From positions 103,850,001-103,914,000 of the forward strand of contig OX597823.1 of assembly GCA_951406725.2 (NCBI GenBank): a stretch of DNA of 64,000 nucleotides, given 5' to 3'. The notes beneath the pieces were generated by a model. That model searched no databases and was not told the origin of the DNA. It worked only from the letters and a program-made list of their open reading frames with translations. The DNA is from Octopus vulgaris. Its lineage: Eukaryota. Positions within the stretch are counted from its first letter, which is position 1. Every line of letters begins with the position of its first letter. Below are positions 31,961 through 45,839 of this stretch, one piece after another. A program made the position numbers and the translations under genes.

Positions 31961-32707
31961 CATACATACAAACATACATACATACATACATATATACATA
32001 CATACATACATATATATATATATATGAATGTGGTTGCAACCATACATATGTGTGTGCGTGTGTGCGCTTATGTCCAAGTAATGTGCCAAGTTGTATTTAT
32101 TAATTTCCAAGGTATATCTTTCTTTGCAATATAGGAATGTAGAAGAATGTATTTGTGCTGAGATATGCGAAGAAAGAGAAAAAAAATATATAGATGGATT
32201 AGAAAAATAACTTGATAAATGAGAGATTGATAGAAAGAAGAGAAAGAGAATTCGAAGAAGAGAGATAAAGAGAGGGATTTGTCGATGTATAAGGGAGAGA
32301 AAGACGTTAGGTAACGAAGAAAAGCTTCGGAGGCTGGATTTCGATCGAGAGAAGAAACGAAAAGAAAACGATATAATTAAATGAAAGGACTGACTCATCC
32401 GCATAATGATACTTGTTAGTAGGTTAGGATAATGAAGGAAAATGAAGAAGTAAGAGCTTAAGAGTAAAGAAGCGAAAATGATGGCCGTACAGTCAAGAAC
32501 TTCGTTTTGCAGCCACTTAGATTCAGGTTCAGTTCTATTTGACGGCACATTGGGCAAGTGCTTTCTACAATGCAAAAGTTCGATGTAGCAAGAATGACCG
32601 AAGAATGTAAAATAAAACATGAGAAAAAAAGATTAATCGAAATTTGACGCGGAAAGAATTACTAAGACGAGCCCCTAGTAAGCCCCATCGTCTTTTATGC
32701 TTACTGT

Positions 32708-32763
<56 letters not shown>

Positions 32764-34182
32764 TGCTGACCAAAGATCACCTGACAGTAAATCAAAAACT
32801 CCTTTCCTTTCGACCACCAATCTCAGAATCCTCTGTGTGTGTGTGTGTACATAGTACGTACATACATGCATTAGGTGTCAGGCCTAAAATATTCTCTTGT
32901 TTAACGCCATCGTATATTCCCATTGTCTTCACTGCTGTTTCAGTTATCCAGACCAGTACCGTATGTGTAGGATTCCTTCACATCCTACAGATAAACAAGG
33001 CACGAACCAACAACTATCATCATCAATATCAGTAGCTTGTAATAGTCTACAACTATCACAAGCATTCTTTGCTTGAATAACTTATTGAAAAATATTAAAC
33101 ACGGTTAAAACACAGACCTTTAGGATACACGCATAGAGAACACAGCTGCTAGTTTCGATCAACGAATTACAACGAGGTTCATAAAACCATGGTACATTTT
33201 GCTTCTCACTTCTCAAACATTATATGACATATTAGAGCAACAGTTCACAATCTTTTACAACTCAGTGCCTCCTTTCACCGAATGTTTTACAAATTCTATC
33301 TCATTATATTTTTGGAGAAAAAACCCTGCAAACAGCAAATTATTTTACTGAAGCGTGTGCCACCATTTAGATAATTCCATCGTTTATCGTTTACTCGTTT
33401 TAGTCACTGGACTGCGGCCATGTTGGAGCGCTGCCTTAACGGGTTCAATCGAACAATTCGACACCAGTGCCCATTTTTTAAAACTGATATCTATTCTGTC
33501 GTTTCTTGTTACGTAGACATAAACAGACCAACACCGGTTGTCAAATACAAAGACATAGTTACAGAAATAAATACACACGCACACACACACGTCGTGATTC
33601 TTTCAGTTTCCGTCTACTAAATCCAATCACAAGGCTTTGGTCGACACTAGACTTTAAATACAGATACTTTATTTTATTATTGTTTTTTTTTTTTGGAAAA
33701 TGAGCGCTTCGAATATAAAGATTTTATCTGGCTAGACCCTTTTCCTGTGGAAATTAAATATAGTCCACTTAAAATCGCTTGAAGCTCAACGGCAGAAAGC
33801 AGTTTTATATTTAAAACTAATTTTTGATGAGGAATGTTATGTTTGGAACTACATTTTATCATGATATATTAGGTTTATTGTGTCAGCGTAACTTGCAGAA
33901 AATACCAATTCTATTTCCTGCTACATGTTTAACATCATTACTGGAATAAACATGAAATTAAAATTCACAGTGACAGAGTTAAATATTTCGTTTCTAAGAA
34001 ATATCATGAAAATTCTGCAGCCCGGCATCTCCCTTGGCACCTCTTCGACACTTGCCGACCCTTTGTGTCCTCACAATGTCACAAGGGGGTGCTACGCTAC
34101 AGATTAAGAACCAGTATATCATTCCAATACTGTTGTTTAACATTAAAATAATTCAGCTGTATCTATATCAAAGATCACTCAC

Positions 34183-34344
34183 CTCTTTTTCCTTTCAACT
34201 TGGTGCAGTGGCTAGCTCTGAAGAGGCCGTAGTTACATTCTCTTTGTATCATTTTCACTGTTGCCATCGAACTGGTGAACCGATCTTCACAGTCTTGGTT
34301 GCCACCATTGATAGAAGTACATACATAACAATCGATGGCACTCA
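34183..34344 (-). CDS. Internal coding exon of a quiver/sleepless-like Ly6/uPAR three-finger protein
   Basis: (V)SAIDCYVCTSINGGNQDCEDRFTSSMATVKMIQRECNYGLFRASHCTKLKGKR: IxCYxCxS..CxD..C..CxK pattern. Polypyrimidine tract plus ACAG acceptor, AG|GTGAGT donor, 162 nt, phase 1 at both ends. Confidence 0.82.
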
Positions 34345-34569
34345 CTGTGTAATAGAAAAAAAAAGAAAGAAAGAAAGAAAGAATGAATAGCAAATAAGAG
34401 AATGAGGGAAAGAAAAATATATAGAAGCAATTAGAACGTCGTTGCATGGAATATGAAAGAAAAGAAAAAAACTAATACCAAATCTATGCAGAAACCATAC
34501 TAATCTCCTCGTTATCATTCTAAGTTTAGTAGAGATGTACAATTGAGGAGCTGATGATAATAAGATTAC

Positions 34570-34618
34570 ATCATCACCATCTCCGTCGTCGTCATCGTAG
34601 TAGTATTATTATTATTAT

Positions 34619-34673
<55 letters not shown>

Positions 34674-34890
34674 TGTAGTAGTAGTAGTAGTGGTGATGGT
34701 GGTGGTGGTAGTGGTAGTATTAGTAACAGTAGTTGTAGTAGTAGTAATAGTGCTGATAGTTTTAGTAGTAGTGGCAGTGATAGTAGTAGGGGTGATGGCG
34801 GTGATAGTACTAGTAGTAGCTGTTGTAATAGTAATAATAGTATGCGTATGATGGTGGGGTGGTGATATTGGCAGTGGCATGATGGTATTA
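34570..34890. repeat. (TAG)n/(TGG)n trinucleotide low-complexity tract
   Basis: Direct reading of the sequence. Confidence 0.9.
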
Positions 34891-36677
34891 TTGGTGTACT
34901 GACGTCGAGGCCTGAAGATGGAAGAGCTTACATGACTGAAAATGATACGATTTCAATTGGATGTTGGAAACTTAATCAGGAAATTAGAAATTACTTTCGG
35001 CCTGTTGGTTCCTATTTTGATGCAAACATTCAGTATTTTAGGCGAAAAGCTTAAAGGAAGCTGTAACATTTATGATTATGTCAATAGCTTCGCCATTTTC
35101 GCTTCAGATAAAGCTGTGGAGGGACGAATTTCCCTTCGCAACCACATGGTCTCAAGTTCCATCCAACTACCTAGGATTTTGGTCATTGTTTTCTGGAGCC
35201 TCAGGTTTACCAAAGTCTTGTGAATGAAATTCGGTAACCGAAAACTGTGTGGAATCTCGCTGGAGACATTGTTTACATCTTGGAGGAATAAAGGATCGAT
35301 CATCACAGCTTTCATTAGCTGCTGGCCTTTGCTTACTTCGTGCTATCAATGATATTTGTGTGTTAAAAAATTGGAATAACACATTTATTTTTTAAGATAC
35401 TCAAGCATTGGCATGGATTTTCTAAAGACTTCAAGCATGTACTTTTATTAAAAAGACTGCAGTATACTGTTTGCGAAACAATGGCACTGAAATAAGTCAC
35501 TGTGTTTATGCATTTTCGATGGAGAATTGTGAGAAAAAGCGAAATAATTCTAGTCTTGAATCGAAATCATGTTGCACCCTCTGTTTATTCTCTTCCTCAC
35601 ACCTCGGGAAAATCACGAACCCGTCAAGTGATCCAGACAGAGCACATAGATTGACGCTACATCGCCTCTATATCGCCTATCATTCATAAGACAGGAATAT
35701 TTATTGAAATGTATAGCACGTAGAAAGCTTTGGCAAAGAAGACGAAATAAATCTATAAATCTACTCAACATCGTATACATACAAAGCTGTCAGTTTGACG
35801 CCTTACTTGATATAAAGATATTAATTGCAAAGCCAGTTAATTGGTCGTCTCCTAAGGGTGTCTTGTTGCAAATGACATGATATATTAAATAGCTGGCTTC
35901 GACTTTATTAAAGTTTGTCATGAATTGTTCTATATGATTGGGAGACGAATGAAAATGAGTTTGATCATCAAGGAGAAATTATATATGGAAAAAATATATT
36001 TCAGTATCTTTGAAATTGCTTCACGAGATCAAAGTTGATCTAGTGTTTTTCCGAATATAGAATCTGAGGCAGAAAAGAGTTTACCCTTCACACTCGAGCT
36101 TTTGCAATCCACTAAAGTCAAAACAGTAGAAAGGTGTTACTTTTTTTTAAAACTTGCAGTTCGATGGACTTTCAAAGTGCCAAACGAAAAGAGACTGGGA
36201 GAAGTACTAAACGCAGGTCTTCGGATCCGATAAAGTAAAGACGGTGAAAGAGTCGGTGGGTGAATCCAATGGTGAGAGCTGACAGTTAAAGAAGAATACA
36301 AGACCTGTATGGTAGTAAAATCAGGTACAAAGAGAGAACAGTGAGAAGTTTATCCTAATTTTTCAACAGCTTCTAGCTATCGAAAGACAGCTCCTCATTC
36401 CAGATCAGTCACCAGTCAATTGTAGATTTTTCTTCTTATAGCAGTTTGAGTTCTAATAGTGTAAGCTATTAATCTTTTGAAATTAAACAGCCAGCCAGTT
36501 AACCCAGGGCGATAGACTGGGTGGGTTGTTAGAACGTCGGACCGGATATATACATGTATATATATAAAAATAATATAATATATACCACGGGCTTCCACAA
36601 TTTTCGTCTACATAATTAACTCAGAAGGCATTGGTCAGCTCGGGGCTATAGAGGAAAACACTTCGGAAAAAAAAAGG

Positions 36678-36910
36678 GGCGGCGAGCTGGCAGAAACGTT
36701 AGCGCGCCGGGCGAAATGCCTATCGGTATTTCATCTGTCGTTACGTTCTGAGTTCCAATTCCGCCGAGGTCGAGTTTGCTTTTCATCCTTTTGGGGGTCG
36801 ATAAATAAAGTACCAGTTTCGCACTGGGGTCGATGTAATCGACTTAATTCGTATGTCTGTCCTTGTTTGTCCCCTCTATGTTTAGCCCCTTGTGGGTAGT
36901 AAAGAAATAT
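36678..36910 (+). mobile_element. tRNA-derived SINE, apparently complete, inserted in an older SINE
   Basis: ggcggcgagctggcagaaacgttagc...gagttccaattccgccg...gtcgataaataaagtacc. Flanks 36585-36665 and 36915-36990 are the two halves of the 22079-type SINE. Confidence 0.8.
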
Positions 36911-37458
36911 ATAGAGGAAACCACTTGCCCATGGTGCCGCGCAGTAAGACTCACCCAAAACTATGTGGTTGCAAAACGACTTTCTTAAAACCAAAGCTAT
37001 ACGTTTCTCTTTCTTTTTCCCTTTTTGTTCATAACGCCAAGAGTACAAGTTTAACATGTGAGTAGATTATCTCAGACCTGTCTTTACTCATCAGATACGA
37101 GTACTTTGCTTCAGTTAAGACAAAAACTATATTTACGTAACAATGTGTACCAGTCAATCCATTTGTGTGAGTGTGAGTGAGAATACGAGGGGTGTGTGTT
37201 TAATAGATGAAAAAGTAATCGAAATCGATTCAGCGTAGAGGCCGGATACGGATGTCAATAAGAGACAAAAAGATAAAAAGGATTAGTGCACAGTATAGGG
37301 CATAATGCGCGTGTGTTTGTGTATAGGTTTGTATATGGATGCGCTTTCTCTGTGTGTGTTTATGAGTGTGTGTTTGTGTCTGTGTGTGCGTGTGCGTGTA
37401 TTTCACGTAAACGTTCACACATATAAATTGCCGATGTATATATTTGTGTGTGTTCGTG

Positions 37459-37535
<77 letters not shown>

Positions 37536-37538
37536 GCA

Positions 37539-37594
<56 letters not shown>

Positions 37595-38046
37595 GTAAGT
37601 GCATGTACGTATATTCGTGTGCATATTTGTACAGACACAATGCGCTGAACTCTATGACAGTGAAGTAAATAGGTTTATTATAGATCAGCGAGTAAATGCC
37701 TATATTGGCACACACTTCATACTTCATCTTGTTAGTACAAAGCATTATAAGATGCTCCACAAATATACAATAACACACACACTAGACACATACATGCTTA
37801 TATAATACTTCAGAGACACCCGGCGTTGCCCGTATCACATAGAGTTGAAGAATTAGACATTTCTTTTATATTCTCTCTAATGAACTGAAATACCTATGAT
37901 TCGAATTTCATTCAAAATCGGAGATTAAGAATTTTAATGGGGGTTATTTCCCTCTTTACACGCCCTAACAAAATTTCTACTCAAGACGTATTTATCCCAT
38001 ACTACTCATGTTTATGCCCAGATTCCCAAATCCAAATCTTATAAAA

Positions 38047-38098
<52 letters not shown>

Positions 38099-38882
38099 AA
38101 ACTGAAATGCGAAAAGTTTGTTTGTCTGATTTTGGCATTGAGAACGGGTTAAAGGCCACTAGATCCCGTCGGATTGACTCCAAAATTTACAGAGACATGT
38201 AAAATGAGGTGATGATGCCAGTGGGCTAGGTTAGAAATCTCTATCTTAAAAGGTGTCGTTGCTAGGGCCAAAAACGCACTTTGACAAGTCTACTCTCATT
38301 CTTTTATGCATCTGTCTTCCTCCGTCACTCACTCTCTTTCCTCCCTTTCCATCACTTTCTATATATAACGTCGTTTAACGGCGTCTAACTCCCTTTCACA
38401 TTCTCTTTATAACGTCGTCAAACAGCGTTCTATATCTCCCCTTCCTCCCCGCCTTCGACAGCGCTTTCACACACTCTCTCTCTACGTCTGTCTGCATTCA
38501 TAGAGAACAAATATTATGAATCAGATATTTATTGGGTTAATTTATATATATATGTGTGTGTTTGTGTGTGTGTTCTATATATAAATATGTATATTGAACT
38601 TTCTAATACTTTTTGATAGTTATATATATTTTTAAAAAAAATTCTAAATATAAATTAATAATTTTAATTTTAAATTTTTAAATTTCAAAACTTTTAAATT
38701 TTATATTTTATATATTTTGTATATTATATTTTTATTTTTATGTTTTCGTTTATGTTTTTCACTGTTTGATTTGCCTAATAGTGGTTTTATCTCTAATTTA
38801 ATTTATATATATATATAATTTGTATACATATAATAAGTGCACACACACACACACACGCGCATATATACATACATATATATAC

Positions 38883-38963
<81 letters not shown>

Positions 38964-39741
38964 ATGTATGCATTATGTGGGCGGTTGTGCTGAAAATATG
39001 CACACCTATGTTAAAAGTGTTGGCGAGTTTGCATGGCAACTATTTTTTTCCTCAAATGAAAGGCGTGACCTCTAGGACAAAATTCCCCATCTTTTAAAAT
39101 GTGACCCGAGTAGACCCGAATGAAATCAGGTTATATTAACCAAAATGTGAAAAGAGGTCTAAATGCGGCTTGAAGGGGATTAAAATTTACAGGAGCGGGT
39201 GTTTAGCAATTCTCTGTTACATGAAGCTAAAAAATTTGCGCCAGCCTTTAAATCGTCAAGGTGTTGCCGTCCCTGATGAAGAAGTTTTGAATGCTTGCCA
39301 TGGTGAGTCTACTGTCGTGAGAAAGAATCACTTCAAAGCTTGGTGTTTAGGAATTTTCTTTTACATCAAGTTCAACATTTTACGCCAGCCGTTAAACTGC
39401 CACTATGTTACTGTCCGTCGTTAAGAAATGCCAGCCATGCTGACTCTACTATCTTCAGATTCTATCCTTTCAAACTTTGGTTTCCAATATTTTTTTTTTT
39501 TTTTCAGCTAGCGAGTTCGTCTGTCCCTTTTAAATGTTAGTGTTTTGCTTTCTGCCTTGAAGCAGACCTTTCCGTTGTCACTGCCTGATATTTATGATTG
39601 ATCTTTCAAACTACTTTCTTTCTCAGCTTACTCAAGATCTTTTGTTGTTTATAAATGGGAGAGAGAGATAGAGAAAGATAGAGAGTAAGAGAGTGGGAAA
39701 GGGAGAGAGAAAGGAGAGAGAAACAAAGAGGGAGGATCATT

Positions 39742-40050
39742 ATAATCGTTTAACGTCCGTTTTCCGTGCTAGCACGGGTTGGACGGTTTGACCGGGGTCT
39801 GGGAAGCCAGGAGGCTGCACCAGGCTCCAGTCTGATCTGGCAGTGTTTCTACAGCTGGATGCCCTTCCTAACGCCAGCCACTCCATGATTGTAGTGGGTT
39901 CTTTTTTCGTGCCGCTGGCACAGGTGCCACGGGGGTAGGGGCACTGGCAACGGCCACGATCGGTTGGTGCTTTTTACGTGCCACTGGCACAGAAGCCAGT
40001 AAAAGCGGCGCTGCCATCGGCCACGTTCGGATGGTGCCTTTTACGTGCCG
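39742..40050 (-). mobile_element. SINE or RTE-tail-like interspersed repeat
   Basis: GC-rich block with ctggatgcccttcctaacgcc and internal tttacgtgcc repeats. Confidence 0.5.
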
Positions 40051-40115
40051 AAAAGAGGCAACAGAAAATAACAACCACACTCTTACTCGCGCGTAGAGCG
40101 GGTCACCTTAAGCTA

Positions 40116-40195
<80 letters not shown>

Positions 40196-40199
40196 GTAT

Positions 40200-40900
40200 G
40201 GCGTTGAACAAAATTTCCTTCCTTTTTTCAAGCGAATATAATTCTAAAGTTTTAAACACAAAGCCATTTATTGGAATTACCATTCCAATATCTTCTGACT
40301 TCTTGTGAATCCATTATTCCCTGCTCAAAAGACTTTACTGTCTTTACTCGCAAAAAACTACCCCAGATGAATACTTACAGGCTATTAGGAGTTGAAGGTC
40401 TGTCCATTCAATGAACATTTGGAAATCTGAAGTTGCAATGTAGACCGAATATGGAAAGTGCGGCAATACTTCCTGCTCAAGCCAAAGTAAATTCTGTCGA
40501 TTCTGCAAAGAAATGTGCGGTCTGGCATGGTCAGACAATATTCTTATGTTTATCAAATGTCAGAGGTTTCTGGTGCGTCGCTGCATATTGTTTATCCAGC
40601 TAGTAACAGTTAACATGCGAATTCATGTCCCTGACTGTTGCAAGAATCTCGTAAATGACAACACTCTTCCAACTCCACCAAATTAAAAGCATAACTTTCT
40701 ACGAGTAACGTTCCGATTTGGAGGTTGTTTGTGATGGTTACCGAGCTTCTCCATGCTCGTTTGCGCTTCATATTGATATAGACATTGCATCTTCGTGCCC
40801 CTTCACTGTTCTCTTTGAAAGGATAATTTCCTTTACATTTCTGCACCGAATTGCAGATTGAAAACGGTTATGTGCGCCTGGCCTCATTTAAGTGACCCTG
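40200..40900 (-). mobile_element. Mariner transposase relic
   Basis: HARPH..EVLPHFPYS..IATSDF, a decayed HPPYSPDLAPSDF motif. Confidence 0.7.
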
Positions 40901-41221
40901 TTGACATCGGGAAGTTGGTGCAAATGATTTTCAACACTCGATTTGTATATTTGGAGAATATCTACGACAATTCTGGTCGTATAATGGGAGTTGGTGTCTT
41001 TTAATATCTTCATTGGTTTCTAATACGGATATACAATCTCATAAGAATTCATGATTATGATTTATATATACCTAAATATTTTTATATTATATCATATATA
41101 TATGAGTGCACCTATGTATGCTGTGAAGTATTCTGATGCTGTGAAATATATTGAGTGATTAAGAACACTGACCTATGAAATTTGTCCTCTCTTTCTTGGT
41201 TATATATATATATATATATAT

Positions 41222-41518
41222 CACCGTCACCGTGACCGACCAGGCTATCAGATGTTGCTACACAACGCTGGTCACAATGCGCTTCGCATTGTTTTAGCCT
41301 TCAAATGACGCCACCCCGCTGGCTAAGCGAGTAGGCCGACAGAAGAAATAGTGAGAGAAAGTTGTGGCGAAAGAGTACAGCAGGGATCGCCACCTACCCC
41401 TGCCGGAGCCTCGTGGAGCTTTAGGTGTTTTCGCTCAATAAACACTCACAACGCCCGGTCTGGGAATCGAAACCACGTTCCTACGACCGCGAGTCCGCTG
41501 CCCTAACCACTCGGCCAT
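41222..41518 (-). mobile_element. tRNA-derived SINE (family of 12089)
   Basis: High similarity to 12089-12380. Confidence 0.85.
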
Positions 41519-41596
<78 letters not shown>

Positions 41597-42014
41597 GTGT
41601 GTGTATGTGTGTGTTTGTGTATACGACGGATTTCTTTCAGTTTCTGTCTACTAAATCTACTTATAAGGTTTTGGTCGGCTCGAGGCTATAGTAGAAGTCA
41701 CTTGCTCAAGACGCCACGCAATGGGACTGAACTCGGTACCATGTGGTTGGGAAGCAAGCTTCTTACCACACAGCCACATCTGTACTTAGAAGTTACGTTG
41801 GTCCTGTTGAAAAGTCAATAAATATTTCGAAATAAATACGTAACATCACTGGTTCTTTAGGAATGGATAAAGCAGATGGTTGTAGAATATAAACCCCAAA
41901 CGGTGTAATTTACGGTATAAAACAGCAGATATAGAAATGATAGAATGAAAGAATGAATGTCAAAAAGCCGGATAACGTTAAAGAGTGAAAGATATAGTCA
42001 TATACATACATACG

Positions 42015-42071
<57 letters not shown>

Positions 42072-42135
42072 GACGAAAATTTACTGGAAAAAGGATATTA
42101 TTATTTGCATTTGGAACTCCTTTCATCGAAAACCG

Positions 42136-42194
42136 GTGATTGTCGTACGCTGATGACGGGTCAAGACCCAGAAACTGCAGTCCGTGCGTATCAC
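42136..42194 (+). ncRNA. Type I hammerhead ribozyme with canonical core, family B
   Basis: gtgat..cgtacg CUGAUGA c GGGU-caag-ACCC a GAAAC-UGCA-GUC cgtgcg.atcac. Predicted cut after 42182. Confidence 0.85.
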
Positions 42195-42348
42195 TTAGGT
42201 TGACGAGGGAAGGATGACCTCCCTTTGCAAATACCGATAGGTCACAGAAAGAGTGCCGATAGCCAGCTGGAGGAGATGTTCTTCTGGGGCTACAAGCTAC
42301 AGTAACACCCACCCTTAGTGGTTAGCCATATTGAGATGGCAAATATAC

Positions 42349-42398
<50 letters not shown>

Positions 42399-42567
42399 CG
42401 AAGATTGTGTGATTTTATTATTTTCTTTCTTTTTGCCTGTGTGAGTTACAGATAGTGTTATTTGTGGAGGCATATTTTTAGCGAAAGGAAATAACGGTCT
42501 TTTGGCTGCTATTTCTAAAATTTTCGGTATGTGTTTAGGCAACTTGTTACTAAACCGTTAATCATTG

Positions 42568-42621
<54 letters not shown>

Positions 42622-42949
42622 TAAAACAAACTGGGAGGAAAGAGACGGAACGAAGTGAAAATTCGAAAAATCGAAAATTCAGACGGAGGGCCTAGCATGA
42701 CAGACGTGTCCTGTCTTGCCTTCGAAACACGCTATGTCTGCTAGCGACAGCTGATGAAGGGGATTTTTCCTTGTGCAACATGTCCTGTACTTCGTTTTTC
42801 TGCTGTACATAATGTTTTTCCCGTTTTCGTTTTCAACTTGTTCCACGTCTCTGTCCTTCTGTTGTAACAAAATGGCTTTTCCGTTTTCGTTTCTGTTGAT
42901 TTTTACGTCTTCTTGTGGTGTCCTGTACGTATATATATTTATATATGAC

Positions 42950-44160
42950 GGGAAGCTTTATGAAAACAAACAAAAGACGAAGGCAGGTGGAAAACAAACG
43001 AACAATTGTATTAGTATGGCGCTCAGGAAATATAAATAAAACAAGTCTTTAACGTTTCGAGCCTACGCTCTTCAACAGAAAGATACACAGAGAGAAAAAA
43101 ACACAGAAAGAAGGAGAGAAAAAAATGCGTGCAGTAGCTAACGAATCAACATGGCGATCTGATTTCGGCCAGAGGTCAAAGATCAAACATGAGACGCGAG
43201 AGCGAAATAAGGGGAGAAAATAGGGTTGATAATAGGGTTGATAATAGGGTTGAAGGACCAGCTAATAGTGCGTAGGAGGGGTCTGGATGTGTGTATGTAT
43301 AGGGTTGGTGTATGTATTAGTATGTATAAGGGTGTGTGTGTGTGTGGGTGTGTATGAGAGAGTATTAGTGCGTAGGATTGGTGTGGACGTGCATATGTAT
43401 GGGTTTGGTGTATGTATTAGTATGTATTAGTATGTATTAGTACGTGTTAGTATGTATAAGTGTGTGTGTGTGTGTATGAGAGAGTATAAGTGCGTATGCG
43501 GGGTCTGGACGTGTGTATGTATAGGGTTGGTGTATGTATTAGTATGTATTAGTATGTATTAGTACGTATTAGTATGTATTAGTTGGTGTATGTATTAGTA
43601 TGGCACATCATATATGATGTGATGTGTAAAGTCGTGTGGTGTAGTGAGGAGAAGAGGGGGAGGGGAGAAGAGGTGGAGAGAAGGTGAGGGGAAGAAGAGG
43701 GGGAGGAGAGGGGGGAAGAGGAGAGGATGGGGAGAGAGAGGAGGGGAGAAGGAAGGGGAGGAGGGGGAGGAAGGAGGAAAGAGGGAGAAGGGGAGAGAGG
43801 GAGTGAGGGAGCAGAGGGAAGGGGAAGAGGGAAGGAGGGAGGGAGAAAGAGGGAAGAAGGGAAGGGGAGTAGGGGTGAAAGGATGAAGGACTGAAGAAGT
43901 AGGGGTCGGGGGGAAAGGATAGGTGAGGAGGGGGAGAGGGGGGTTAGATGAGGAGGGGGGAGAGTTGAGACCAAATGGCGTATAAGAGCGAAGAGAGAAG
44001 ATTAATTCCTGTTCACGGCGCAAACGGGAATCCGGATGGCCTCTGTGTAAGGACAAACCGAACACAGATAGGTGTTGCAAGGAGTGACCGGTGGAGCGGA
44101 AATGGCGTGAGACCGGTGTGTCGTTCGCAAGGTGGATGTCAAGAAGGTGTTACATGTAGA
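42950..44160 (-). mobile_element. Penelope-like element 3' fragment (endonuclease C-terminus, low-complexity UTR, pLTR)
   Basis: HLSVFGL..SRLRREQELIFSLRSYTPFGLN (R..RE...I..L....P.GLN). pLTR homologous to 54900-55110. Internal ~110-bp degenerate tandem repeats at 43265-43600. Confidence 0.75.
43046..43083 (-). ncRNA. Minimal hammerhead-like motif (CUGUUGA variant) in pLTR
   Basis: tcttt CUGUUGA a GAGC-guag-GCUC GAAACGUU aaaga. Confidence 0.55.
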
Positions 44161-44202
44161 TGTCGGTACATAAATATATGTATGCATATATTTTATTTAT
44201 TA

Positions 44203-44239
<37 letters not shown>

Positions 44240-44604
44240 CACACACATTTATTTGTACGCGTATATATATATATAATAGAAGAAAGAAAACCAATTAATT
44301 GAAAACAAATAAAGGTTAGTAATATCTTGTGATATAAAACTATTTATGACTGATATATGTGAATGGAAGAAGGGGAGAGAACATAGTGAATGCGAACAGG
44401 AAAAGTGTAAAGTGCGATGTTTTATTAGGTTTTAGGTTGATATGGTGAGTACATTTTTTTCGGGAGTTGTTTACAGAATGTCCATAAAATATGACGGAAA
44501 AATAAGATGATAAGCTGAGGGAGATACAGGAGGAAGAATTGATTATAGAATGTACACATACTACTGTACATATGCATGTAAATATGTATGTATGTACGTG
44601 TGTC

Positions 44605-44659
<55 letters not shown>

Positions 44660-44692
44660 GTGTATATATATATATGTATATGTATATATATG

Positions 44693-44749
<57 letters not shown>

Positions 44750-44915
44750 GTATGTATATATATATATTTCCTTTCATATAGATACTCATATATACGTTTT
44801 CTTTAATACACACACACACAACACACACACATATATATACATGTATATAGACACATTCGTTGACTTGTTCCAGTCATCGTAAGGTAGCGACTTGAAGAAT
44901 TTTAGTCGAATGAAT

Positions 44916-44987
44916 CGGTCTGGGAATCGAAACCGCGATCCTACAAACGCGAGTCCGCTGTCCTAACCACTGGGCCATTGCGCCTCC
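44916..44987 (-). mobile_element. tRNA-derived SINE head
   Basis: Same head as 12089-12380. Confidence 0.75.
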
Positions 44988-44993
44988 ACATGC

Positions 44994-45140
<147 letters not shown>

Positions 45141-45169
45141 TGCATATAAATTGTGTGTGCGTGTATATA

Positions 45170-45787
45170 TAAATATTAAAATAACTAAGTCTCTCTAAAA
45201 GAGAACAGCGGCAGCGTTCCCGGAAAATAATAGTTATCGCCATACTAATATGGCATTCTTATAAAAATAAGAAAAAAGCTGTCCGCTTATTAGCTCCATG
45301 AGGCCATCGCCTTAAGTTAGCTATTTTATATGAATGCCATATTAGTATGGCGATAACTATTATTTTCCGAGAACGCTGCCGCTGTTCTCTTTTAGAGAGA
45401 CTTAGTTATTTTAATATTTCTATTATTGAAAACAAGTGGATGTATTCCACCGAAACTAGGTAAATAAAACCATCGAACAGAGATTGTCGGAAGCGACACC
45501 TACTGGCTGGCTACGCTGCATTGAAAAGGGGCAATACCCCGAAACGCGTCTGTAGCTGCCGGTCAAGTAGTGTGGAGCGACTGACCTCCCTTGTTCGAAG
45601 GTTATATGGATACAGTTTGTGTATCAAATAGCTAACTTAAGGCGATGGCCTCATGGAGCTAATAAGCGGACAGCTTTTTTCTTATTTTTATAAGAATGTC
45701 ATATTAGTATGGCGATAACTATTATTTTCGGGAACGCTGCCGCTGTTCTCTTTTAGAGAGACTTAGTTATTTTAATATTTCTATTAT
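45170..45787 (+). mobile_element. TA-flanked retrozyme-like element: inverted head plus ~1.25 copies of a ~362-bp monomer
   Basis: gaatg(c/t)catattagtatggcg at 45332 and 45694. 45170-45326 is the reverse complement of 45626-45780. One HHR inside. Confidence 0.8.
45500..45570 (+). ncRNA. Type I hammerhead ribozyme, U3:A8 core variant
   Basis: ctac tggctggc tac gctgca UUGAAAA GGGG-caaua-CCCC GAAACGCGUC tgtagc t gccggtca a gtag. Predicted cut after 45550. Confidence 0.8.
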
Positions 45788-45788
45788 A

Positions 45789-45839
<51 letters not shown>

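Noticed and set aside
32870-33000. Candidate next exon of the Ly6/quiver-like gene (tttatctgtag acceptor on minus strand)
   Set aside because: In the required phase it gives GCEGILHIRYWSG then a stop, without the expected cysteine pattern.
37808-38300. Possible further Helitron ends (cccggcgttgcccg; tataaaactgaaatg..gtttgtttgtc)
   Set aside because: Too degenerate: no intact CTAG terminus, so boundaries cannot be set.
43219-43253. (taatagggttga)x3 as an interstitial telomere
   Set aside because: 12-bp minisatellite inside a PLE UTR, not a (TTAGGG)n array.
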